Assembly (NCBI GenBank): GCA_964537235.1 | Contig: CAZHZQ010000002.1 | Coordinates: 1 to 46,691, forward strand | Source: an uncultured Actinomycetota bacterium | GTDB taxonomy: Bacteria > Actinomycetota > Nitriliruptoria > Nitriliruptorales > JAHWKO01 | Reading direction: 5' to 3' | DNA: 46,691 nucleotides | Part shown: positions 15,449-24,891 of the stretch, in pieces | How positions within the stretch are numbered: the stretch's first letter is position 1 | Layout: every line of letters begins with the position of its first letter | Made by a program: the position numbers and the translations under genes | Notes under the pieces: generated by a model | What the model was told of the DNA's origin: nothing | What the model saw: the letters and a program-made list of their open reading frames with translations, nothing else | Database searches by the model: none

Positions 15449-16527
15449 CGATCAACCCGGTCCTGCGGCGGGAGCTGACCGAGCGGTGGCGCGGTCGGCG
15501 GACGTTCATCGTGTTCACCGTGTACGTGGCGCTGCTCGCCGGGATCACGCAGCTGCTGTGGTGGATCGGCACGCGCTGGATCGGCTCCTTCGGGCCCTCC
15601 GGCGGCTTCGGCGGCGGTCCGGACATGGGCCTGGCGGTCGGACCGATGATGGGCAGGTTCCTGTTCGAGAACCTCCTCGGGTTCGTGCTCCTGCTCGTGC
15701 TGTTCATCGCCCCGGGGTACGCGGCCGCGCAGATCTCCGGTGAACGGGAGCGCCGCAGCCTGCCGCTGCTCCAGGTGACGCTCCTGCGACCGTTCCAGAT
15801 CGTCGCCGGCAAGCTCGGTGCCTCGGTGGCGTGGCTGGTCCTGCTGATCGTCGCCGCCCTGCCGCTCGGCGCCGCGACCTTCTTCCTCGGCGGTGTCGCC
15901 GTGGCTGACCTCCTCCGCGCCGTGGCCTACGTCCTCGTCATCACCGTCTCCATCGCCGCCATGGGTCTGGGCATCTCGGCGATGACCCGACGGACCACCG
16001 CCTCCGTCGTGCTCACCTACGGGCTGGTCCTGTTCCTGGTCATCGGGAGCCTCGTCGGGGCGGTCGCCGAGACCGTGCTGGAGGTGCGGGACGGTCCGGG
16101 CAGGACACGACCGCAGCCGGTCGCCCTGTACGCCAACCCGTTCTACGGTCTCGCCGACGCCGCCCGGGTCCGCTCCGACTTCGGCTTCGGCCGTCAGGTC
16201 CCCAGCGTCCTGACCCCGTTCGGGGCGGTCCTGCCGGTCGATCGCGTGGCGTTCGGAGGACCGGTGGCGGTGGAGGTGGAGGTGGAGGCACCGTTGGATG
16301 GGCCTCGCCCCGTGCCGCGCGGCCGTCTCGGAGTCCGAGAGCGGAGCAGCACCCCGGTGTGGCTGATCGAGCTGGGGCTGTACGCGTCCCTCGGGGCGGC
16401 CGGGCTGGTCGTCGCGACGCGTCGGATCCGGACCGGGCGGGTGCAGGCCCGTCCACGCGACGAACCCGACGAGCGGGAGGACCAGGCGGCGGAACGGACG
16501 GGGCCGTGGGAGGAGGGCGAGACGTGA
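15445..16527 (+). CDS. ABC-2 type transporter permease
   Basis: The ATG at 15445 forms an ATGA overlap. The sequence MTINPVLRRELTERWRGRRTFIVFTVYVALLAG... has about six hydrophobic helices. Confidence 0.8.
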   Translation: MTINPVLRRELTERWRGRRTFIVFTVYVALLAGITQLLWWIGTRWIGSFGPSGGFGGGPDMGLAVGPMMGRFLFENLLGFVLLLVLFIAPGYAAAQISGERERRSLPLLQVTLLRPFQIVAGKLGASVAWLVLLIVAALPLGAATFFLGGVAVADLLRAVAYVLVITVSIAAMGLGISAMTRRTTASVVLTYGLVLFLVIGSLVGAVAETVLEVRDGPGRTRPQPVALYANPFYGLADAARVRSDFGFGRQVPSVLTPFGAVLPVDRVAFGGPVAVEVEVEAPLDGPRPVPRGRLGVRERSSTPVWLIELGLYASLGAAGLVVATRRIRTGRVQARPRDEPDEREDQAAERTGPWEEGET

Positions 16528-18139
16528 GCGTCGACCTGCTGGAGCCTCGGACCCGTCCGCAGCAGACACCGGACCTCGACGCGCTCGTGGCCCGTGCGCG
16601 TCGCCGCATGCGGATCAACCGCGCCCTGTCCGCCACCGGACCGGTCCTGACCGCTGCGGGGATCGCGGGACTGGCCTGGGTCGGGCTGTCCCGGCTCGTC
16701 GTGCTCCCCGTCGCGGACCGAGCGGCGTTCGCGACGATCGCCGTGTTGGCGCTCCTCGCCGTCGCGGTCGCCGCGGCGGTCCGCATCCGCCCCGTGTGGG
16801 CGGCGCGTGCCGCCGACCGGTGGCTCGATGCCAAGGACCGGTTCGCCACGGCGGTCGAGCTCGTAGCCACGGGCACGTCCACACCGACCGCCGACCGTCA
16901 CGTCGCGCACGCCGAGGCGGCCGCCGGAGGGGTTCGCCGCTTCCCGGTCCGTCCGCACGTGCCGTGGAGGGCGCTGGCGGCGGGCGTGGCGCTGCTGGCG
17001 ATCGCGGTCTGGTTGGCAACGGTGCCCAACCCCCGCGATGCCGAACGGGCGCGGCTCGCGGCGGAGCAGGCCGCCGTCGCGACCGAGGCCGAGGAGCTCC
17101 GAGACGAGGCGGAACGGCTGCGCTCGGCGGGAGAGGAGGAGACCGCCCAGCGGCTCGATGAGCTGGCCGAGCGCCTCGAAGGACTCGACGTCGAGCAGGC
17201 GTTGGAGGAGCTCGCGGACGAGCGTGCCGAGCTCGGCGAGGAGCTCGCGGACGACCTCGCGTCCCAGCGCACCGCCCTGCACGGGCTGGCGCAGGAGCTG
17301 TCCCGGCAACCCCTCGCCGGGGGCGACACCGTCCGCGACCAGCTCGAGCAGCTCGGACGGGAGGTCGCGTCCGGGGGAGCGTCGCCGGAGGAGCTCGCCG
17401 CGATCGCCGAGCGGCTCGAACAGCTCGCCGACGCGATCCAGGCCGGGCAGCCCGAGATCGCCGATGCGCTCCGCGAGGCGGCGTCGGCCGCGGCCGCGGG
17501 TGATGCCGGGGCCGCGGCCGGGGCGCTCCGGCAGGCGTCCGGCGCCGTCGGCCAGGCGGTCAGCTCGCTACGGGCACAGGAAGCCGCAGCCAGTTCGGAC
17601 GGCGCGATCGCCCGGTCCCAGGCGGACCTCCGCCGGGCGCGGGACGCGATCGGCGAGGGCCAAGGTCAGGGCCAAGGTCAGGGTCAGGGTCAGGGGCAGG
17701 GCCAGGGCGACGGACAGGGGCAGGGCCAGGGGCAAGGTCAGGGCCAGGGGGGCGGCGGGGGCAGCCCGAGCGGCGACGTGTCCGTCGACAACCCGGGTGG
17801 TCAGGACGGCCAGGGCGGGCAGAGCGACGGCGCCGTGGGCACCGGAGACAACGCCTCGACCGACCTCGACCTCCAGACGGTCTACGACCCGCCCGCAGGG
17901 ACGAGCTCCTCGGATGACCTCGAGATCTCCGGCCAGGACGACGGACAGGGTCCCGACCGGGAGGTCGGACGGTCCGAGGGGCAGGGCCAGCGCAACGCCG
18001 CGCTGGTCCCGTACCGCGACGTCCTCACGCGCTACCGGGAGCTCGCGGGCCGGACGATCGAACGGCCGGACTTCCCGGTCCGGCTCCGAGGGCTCGTGCG
18101 TGACTACTTCGACGCGATCAGCGGAGGGATGACGACCCG

Positions 18140-18143
<4 letters not shown>
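16524..18143 (+). CDS. Membrane-anchored coiled-coil protein with a Gly-Gln repeat tract
   Basis: The GTG at 16524 forms a GTGA overlap. TM helices lie near the N-terminus. A long Ala/Glu/Leu-rich helical region is followed by the (GQ)n tract. The stop overlaps the moxR start. Confidence 0.7.
17658..17747 (+). repeat. In-frame hexanucleotide (GGN-CAR) tandem repeat encoding (GQ)8-GD-(GQ)6
   Basis: Hand parse: ggc caa ggt cag ggc caa ggt cag ggt cag ggt cag ggg cag ggc cag ggc gac gga cag ggg cag ggc cag ggg caa ggt cag ggc cag. Confidence 0.9.
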
Positions 18144-19207
<1,064 letters not shown>

Positions 19208-19208
19208 C

Positions 19209-20120
19209 GTGGACCGCCCCGACCGCCCACGGGTCCTGCCGACCGAGGTGGCAGCCCGCCTCCAGGAGCTCCGCCTGATGCTTCGTCGCCGGGTCCAGGG
19301 TCGCTACGCCGGCGCCCACAGCTCCCGGCGCTTCGGGTCGTCCCTGGACTTCGCCGACTACCGCGAGTACCTGCCCGGGGACGACCCGCGTCGCGTCGAC
19401 CTCGCCGCCTACCAGCGGCTGGGGCGGCTGCTCGTCAAGCTGTACGAGGCGGAGGACGAAGCGGCCGTCCGCGTCGTCGTGGACCTGTCGGCGTCGATGG
19501 GGTTCGGCGCCAAGGCGCGTGCTGCGCGGCAGGTCGCGGCGTCGTTCGCGGCGCTGGCGATGGGCGGCCAGGACCGGATCCGCGTGCTGCTCACCACGGG
19601 GCGGGGAACCGACGTCGGGCCGTGGTTCCGCGGTCCGGCGACGCTCGCGGCCGTGGAGGCCCGCCTCCTCGGGGTCGAGCCCGACCCGCCGTCGGAGGAG
19701 GAGGGCGGCGGGGATGCCGCTGCCACGCTGTCGGCGGCCGTACGCCGTGCCCGGGGCGAGGGGCCCGCCGGTCCGGTCGTGCTCGTGTCCGACCTCCTGT
19801 TCGAGGGATGGGAGGAGGTGCTGCGCGCCCTGGCGGCGGGGCGCGGCGACGGGTCCCTGGCCCACGTCCTGGGGCGGACGGACCTCGAGCCCGACGTCGG
19901 CGGCGACGTGCGTCTGGTCGACGCCGAGCTCGGGGGCTCGCTGGAGGTCTCGCTCACGGACGAGGCGTTGGCCCAGCACGCCGCCACGCGAGACGCCTGG
20001 CTCGAGGACGTCGAGTCCGTCTGCGGGCGGCACGGGATCACCTACGCGAGGCTCGTGGACGACGAGTCGGTCGGTGAGCTCGTCGAGGGGACGCTGCGTC
20101 GCCTCGGGGTGGTCGCGTGA
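19209..20120 (+). CDS. DUF58 domain protein (MoxR partner)
   Basis: The GTG at 19209 lies 1 nt after the moxR stop. The motif RRFGSSLDFADYREYLPGDDPRRVDLAAYQRLGRLLVKLYEAEDE is typical of DUF58. Confidence 0.85.
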   Translation: MDRPDRPRVLPTEVAARLQELRLMLRRRVQGRYAGAHSSRRFGSSLDFADYREYLPGDDPRRVDLAAYQRLGRLLVKLYEAEDEAAVRVVVDLSASMGFGAKARAARQVAASFAALAMGGQDRIRVLLTTGRGTDVGPWFRGPATLAAVEARLLGVEPDPPSEEEGGGDAAATLSAAVRRARGEGPAGPVVLVSDLLFEGWEEVLRALAAGRGDGSLAHVLGRTDLEPDVGGDVRLVDAELGGSLEVSLTDEALAQHAATRDAWLEDVESVCGRHGITYARLVDDESVGELVEGTLRRLGVVA

Positions 20121-22024
20121 GGCTCGCGGCGCCCTGGGGTCTCGCGGCCGCGACGCTCGCGGTCCCGTTGGTCGTCTGGTACCTCCTGCGGAGCCGCCGC
20201 CCCAAGGTCGTCGTGGCGTCCACCTACCTGTGGGGACGGGCCGACCGCTCGGTCTCGGCGGCCGTTCCGTGGCAGCGGTTCCGCGGGGACGTCACGTTCT
20301 GGCTGGTGCTCGCGGCGATCCTGCTGGGTTCCCTGGCGCTGGCCCGCCCCTACCTCCCCGTCGCCGCCGAGCTGGGCGACCACACCATCCTCGTGATGGA
20401 CGCGTCGGGCTCGATGCTGGCCGACGAGGACGGCCCGACGCGCCTCGAGCTCGCCCGCCGTGAAGCCGACGGTCTCGTCGAGCGGCTCGCGAGCGGGCAG
20501 GTCATGTCCGTGGTCGAGGCGGGGGCACAGCCACGGGTGCTGCTGTCGGCGTCGTCGGATCCGTCCGCCATCCGGCGGGCGCTCCGCGCGGTGGAGCCGA
20601 GCCACGGCCCCGCGGACCTCGACGACGCGTTCACGCTGGCGGCGGCGCTGGAACGTCCGGGGCAGTCCACGATCGTCCACCTGTACACCGACGGGGTCGT
20701 CCCGCACGAGTTCACCGACGCGGTCCCGGAGGGACTGCTGATCGCCGCGGTGGGCACGGAGCGGCCCAACCTCGCCGTGACGCGGCTCCAGGCCGTCCCG
20801 ACCGGAGGGGGCAGCAGCCAGGTCTTCGTGCAGGTGCGCAACCACGGGACGCTGCCGTCGACCGGATCGCTCGAGCTCCGCGTCGACGGCGAGGACGTGG
20901 TCAGCCAGCAGGTCCAGCTCGGACCGAGGGCCAGCGAGGACGTCGTCCTCCAGGTGGGCGGTGCCGTCGGTGACACGCTCGTGGCCGAGGTCAGCCCCGC
21001 GGGCGCCGGTCCGACGGGGACCGACAACACGGATGCGCTCGGACTGGACGACACGGCCACCACGCTGCTGGCCGGCGCGCGCGAGCTCACCGTGGCCGTC
21101 GCAACCCCCGGCAACGTCTTCCTGCAGGGAGCGTTCGGGGCGCTGGAGGACGTCGACCTGCGGACTACCGGCACCGTTCCCGCCCCCGGCGAGCTCGCGG
21201 GGGTCGACCTGCTGGTGGTCGACCGCCTCCCGGCACCGGAGACCCTGACCGTCCCCACGCTGTTCGTCGCCCCGACGACCGCTCCCGCCGGGGTGGACGT
21301 GACGGGCGAGATCGAGCGTCCGGCGATCACCTACCAGGCGCCCGACCACGAGCTGCTCGCCGCGGTGGACCTGTCGCAGACCGCGCTCGCCTCCGGGCAG
21401 CAGGTCGAGGCGCCGGACCTCACCACCGTGGCCGGAGGGACGACGGGACCCCTGATCCTGGCCGGACGCCTGGCCGGGGTCCCCACCGTGTACGTGGCGT
21501 TCGACCTCCTCGAGAGCAACCTCCCCCTCCAGTCGTCCTGGCCGGTCCTGGCGTCGAACGCGGCCACGTGGCTGGCGGGGCCGGTCGCCCCGCAGCCCGC
21601 GACGGCAGGATCGACCGTCGCCGTTCCGATGCCCGCCGGGGTCACCGGCGCGGTGGTCGAGCCTCCGTCGGGCGCCCCGCTGCGCGTCGACCCTGCCTCG
21701 CCCCGGATCACCGTCGACACCGTCGGCCTCTGGCGCATCCGTTACGAGGCCGGGGACGCACCACCGCCCAACGCGTCGATCGCCGTGAACGCGGCGCCGG
21801 GCGAGGGAGACCTGGCACGGTCGCGGCCGGGCCCGACCGAGCAGGCCGAAGCGGCCGATGCGGCGCGGCGCGCGGGGGCCGCGGAGGGGCGGCGGTCCGT
21901 CGTTCCCGAGCTGCTGGCGGTCGTGCTGCTGATCGCGCTCGTGGAATGGGCCTGGGTGACCGTGATCCGGCCGAGGCGTGCCCGTCGGCGCGGGGGCGCG
22001 CTGCCCGGCGGGGTGGGCGCGTGA
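20117..22024 (+). CDS. BatA-like protein: N-terminal double-TM anchor plus VWA domain
   Basis: GTGA overlap start. The N-terminus AAATLAVPLVVWYLLRSRRP ... WLVLAAILLGSLALARP gives two TM helices. The MIDAS-like motif is ILVMDASGSM. Confidence 0.85.
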   Translation: MRLAAPWGLAAATLAVPLVVWYLLRSRRPKVVVASTYLWGRADRSVSAAVPWQRFRGDVTFWLVLAAILLGSLALARPYLPVAAELGDHTILVMDASGSMLADEDGPTRLELARREADGLVERLASGQVMSVVEAGAQPRVLLSASSDPSAIRRALRAVEPSHGPADLDDAFTLAAALERPGQSTIVHLYTDGVVPHEFTDAVPEGLLIAAVGTERPNLAVTRLQAVPTGGGSSQVFVQVRNHGTLPSTGSLELRVDGEDVVSQQVQLGPRASEDVVLQVGGAVGDTLVAEVSPAGAGPTGTDNTDALGLDDTATTLLAGARELTVAVATPGNVFLQGAFGALEDVDLRTTGTVPAPGELAGVDLLVVDRLPAPETLTVPTLFVAPTTAPAGVDVTGEIERPAITYQAPDHELLAAVDLSQTALASGQQVEAPDLTTVAGGTTGPLILAGRLAGVPTVYVAFDLLESNLPLQSSWPVLASNAATWLAGPVAPQPATAGSTVAVPMPAGVTGAVVEPPSGAPLRVDPASPRITVDTVGLWRIRYEAGDAPPPNASIAVNAAPGEGDLARSRPGPTEQAEAADAARRAGAAEGRRSVVPELLAVVLLIALVEWAWVTVIRPRRARRRGGALPGGVGA

Positions 22025-24783
22025 TGCCGCTCGCCTTCGACGACCCGATGTGGCTGGTCGCGCTGCTGCTGGTGCCGCTCGTCGTGTGGACCGGTCGACG
22101 GGTCTTCCGCGACCGTCAGCGGCGGGGCGCCGTCTGGGTCCGGTCGGCGGCGGTCGTCCTGCTGGTGCTCGCCGTCGCGGGACCGCGGTGGCACGCCGCC
22201 GGCTCGCAGGTCGACGTGGTCTTCCTGGTGGACGCATCGGATTCCGTCGGTGGCACGCGAGACGCCGTCGGCTGGGTCGGTCAGGCACTGGACCACATGC
22301 CCGACGGCTCGCGTGCGGCGCTCGCCCTCTTCGGTGCCGATGCCCAGCTCGAGTACACCCTGCAGTCCGACCCTCCCCGGGGGGACGTCTTCACGATCGT
22401 CGATCCCAGCGCGAGCGACGTCGCGCGCGCCCTCCGTCTCGGCCAGGGCGTCCTCGGCAGCGAGAACCGGCGCCGGGCGGTCCTGCTCACCGACGGTCTC
22501 CAGACGCGCGGCGACGCGGCGAGGACGGCCGAGGAGCTGGCCGAGGCCGGCGTGCACGTGGATGTCGTCACCGTGTCGGGCGGTCTCGCCGCCGACGTCC
22601 TGGTGGAGGAGGTCCGGGCACCATCCCGGGTCCGGGAGGGCGAGTCCTTCGACGTGGTCGGCGTGCTGCGCAACACCTCGGACGACCCCGCCGAGGTGGT
22701 CGTCACCGTCGCCCGCGACGACGAGACGATCCACCGGGAGGAAGTCACCGCACCACCGGGACGGACCGAGGTCGCGGTCCCGCAGACCGCCTCGGGCAGC
22801 GGAACGGTCCGCTACGAGGTGCGGCTGTCGAGCCCCTCCTCCGCGATCGACGCCAACGACGTCGGTCGCGCCGCCGTCCACGTCGACGGCCCCCCGAGCG
22901 TCCTGGTCCTGGAAGGGGAGGACGGTGCCGGCCGCCAGCTCACCGATGCGCTCATCGCTGCCGGAGTCCCCGCCGACCTCCGGCCGGTCGGCAACGGCGT
23001 CCCGACCCTGGACCGGCTGCTCGCGCACGAGGCCACCGTGCTGGTCGACGTCCACGCCGATCGCATCGGCGACGCCGGCATGCGGACGCTCGACGCGTAC
23101 GTCCGCGACGCCGGACGGGGCCTGGTCGCCGTCGGGGGCGAGGACGCCTACGGCATGGGCGACTACGACGGGACGCTCCTGGAGGACCTCCTGCCGGTCT
23201 TCGCCCGCGTCGAGGATCCGGAACGTCGGCCGTCGGTCGCCGAGGCGCTCCTCGTGGACGTCTCCGGCTCGATGGCCGCCTGCCACTGCCAGAGCGGGGG
23301 CTTCGGATCCGTCGAACGTGGTGGGATGGCCGGCCAGGAGGGCGGCGTCAACAAGACGGACATATCCAAGGAGGCCGTCGCCCGCGCGATCGACGCGCTC
23401 GAAGCCGACGACACCGTCGGCGTCCTCGCGTTCAACACGCAGAGCAGCTGGGTGATCCCGCTCCAGAAGCTCCCCTCGGACGCCGTGGTCGACGAAGGTC
23501 TCGCCAAGCTGCACCCCGAGGGTGGCACAGCCGTTCCCCAAGCGGTCCGCGAGGCCATCGCGGGACTGAAGGACACCGACGCCCGCCTGCGGCACATCGT
23601 GCTGTTCAGCGACGGGTTCACGGAGGACATGGCGCTGGTCGAGGTCGCCGAGGAGGCGGCGGCCGAGGGCATCACCCTCTCGGTGGTCGGGACGGGGGAG
23701 GGGACCGGTGAGGTCCTCGAGGAGATGGCTGCTGCCGGCGGAGGCCGCTACTACCCGGGCCGGGATCTCAGCTCGATCCCCGACATCCTCGTCTCGGAGG
23801 TGCAGTTCGTCGCTCGTCCCATCATCAACGAGGGGAACTTCGTCCCGACCGTCACCGGGATCGCGGCTCCCACCGAGGACCTGGACTCCTCACCGCCCCT
23901 GCTCGGCTACCTCGCGACGACCGCCAAGCCCGCGGCTCGCACCCTCCTGACGGTGGGGGAGGACCGGGACCCCCTCCTCGCGACCTGGCAGGCCGGCTTG
24001 GGCACGGCGGTCGCGTGGACGTCGGACGCGTCGCCCCGGTGGTCCTCGCACTGGGTGACCTGGGAACGCTTCAGCCGCTTCTGGGCCGACACCGTCAAGT
24101 CGACGTTCCCCGGCGACCCCGATCCCCGGTACGACGCCGAGGTCACCTCCACACCGGACGGCCTCCAGGTGCGACTGGCCGGAGCCGCGACCATCCCGGC
24201 CGACGCCGCGGCCGCGATCACCGTCACCGATCCGGACGGCGATCGGACCGAGCTCACGATGAACCGCACCTCCCTCGACTCCTACGAGGCGACCGTTCCG
24301 GGTGGGGGCGAAGGCGTCTACGCGGTCTCGCTGCGGCTCCACGACGGAGAGACCGACCTCTACCGCGACACGGTGACGGCGATCCGGTCCTACTCGCCCG
24401 AGTACGGTTCGACCCACGCCGATCGCGACCTCGCCCAGCGCATCGCCGACGCCGGGCACGGGCGGCTCGACCCGAGCCCCGACGAAGCCTTCGCGCCGGC
24501 CGGCCTCCCACGAGGGGAGGGCTCGCACGACATCACCGCCTGGTTCGTGCTCGGGGCGCTCCTGTTGCTGCCGCTCGAGATCGGTCTGCGCCGCCTACGG
24601 CTCGAGCGCGGGGACCTTGCCCGCCTGACGACCTGGGTCCGGAGGGGGAGACGGGACGGTCGTGCGGTGGTGGCCAGGCGAGACGGGTCGGAGGACCCGG
24701 ACCCGCCGGACGTGGCTTCCGGGGGCGGGGTACGAGGACTCCTCGACGCGAAGCGCCGCGCCCGAGAACGTCGCAAGGACTGA
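22024..24783 (+). CDS. Double-VWA membrane protein with a C-terminal amidotransferase-like domain (BatB-like)
   Basis: The ATG at 22024 forms a TGATG overlap. The N-terminal TM pair begins MWLVALLLVPLVVWTG. Two MIDAS motifs are present, VVFLVDASDSVGG and LLVDVSGSMAA. The C-terminus has a TM helix (WFVLGALLLLPLEIGL). Confidence 0.85.
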   Translation: MPLAFDDPMWLVALLLVPLVVWTGRRVFRDRQRRGAVWVRSAAVVLLVLAVAGPRWHAAGSQVDVVFLVDASDSVGGTRDAVGWVGQALDHMPDGSRAALALFGADAQLEYTLQSDPPRGDVFTIVDPSASDVARALRLGQGVLGSENRRRAVLLTDGLQTRGDAARTAEELAEAGVHVDVVTVSGGLAADVLVEEVRAPSRVREGESFDVVGVLRNTSDDPAEVVVTVARDDETIHREEVTAPPGRTEVAVPQTASGSGTVRYEVRLSSPSSAIDANDVGRAAVHVDGPPSVLVLEGEDGAGRQLTDALIAAGVPADLRPVGNGVPTLDRLLAHEATVLVDVHADRIGDAGMRTLDAYVRDAGRGLVAVGGEDAYGMGDYDGTLLEDLLPVFARVEDPERRPSVAEALLVDVSGSMAACHCQSGGFGSVERGGMAGQEGGVNKTDISKEAVARAIDALEADDTVGVLAFNTQSSWVIPLQKLPSDAVVDEGLAKLHPEGGTAVPQAVREAIAGLKDTDARLRHIVLFSDGFTEDMALVEVAEEAAAEGITLSVVGTGEGTGEVLEEMAAAGGGRYYPGRDLSSIPDILVSEVQFVARPIINEGNFVPTVTGIAAPTEDLDSSPPLLGYLATTAKPAARTLLTVGEDRDPLLATWQAGLGTAVAWTSDASPRWSSHWVTWERFSRFWADTVKSTFPGDPDPRYDAEVTSTPDGLQVRLAGAATIPADAAAAITVTDPDGDRTELTMNRTSLDSYEATVPGGGEGVYAVSLRLHDGETDLYRDTVTAIRSYSPEYGSTHADRDLAQRIADAGHGRLDPSPDEAFAPAGLPRGEGSHDITAWFVLGALLLLPLEIGLRRLRLERGDLARLTTWVRRGRRDGRAVVARRDGSEDPDPPDVASGGGVRGLLDAKRRARERRKD

Positions 24784-24891
24784 GCACGCGGAGACGGCCC
24801 GTCACGAGAGGGCGAGCGTCTCGCCACCTTTCCCTTTCCATCGGCGGTGAGGGCGCCCTAGGTTGGCGGTGCCCGCGGTGCTGAGGGGCTG

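Noticed and set aside
14746-16569. 607-aa minus ORF opposite the ABC ATPase and permease; also 14147-15298 and 16040-17309
   Set aside because: These are shadow frames. The plus-strand genes have Walker, signature and TM features and ATGA/GTGA coupling.
17658-17747. CRISPR array or other non-coding repeat
   Set aside because: The units are only 6 nt long, they are in frame within a coding gene, and there are no spacers.
20042-23595. Long minus-strand ORFs (748 aa and 617 aa) opposite the VWA genes, plus alternative plus frames (21978-23711, 22250-23455)
   Set aside because: They are Arg/Pro/Gly-rich, carry no domain signatures and fully overlap genes with MIDAS motifs and coupled starts.
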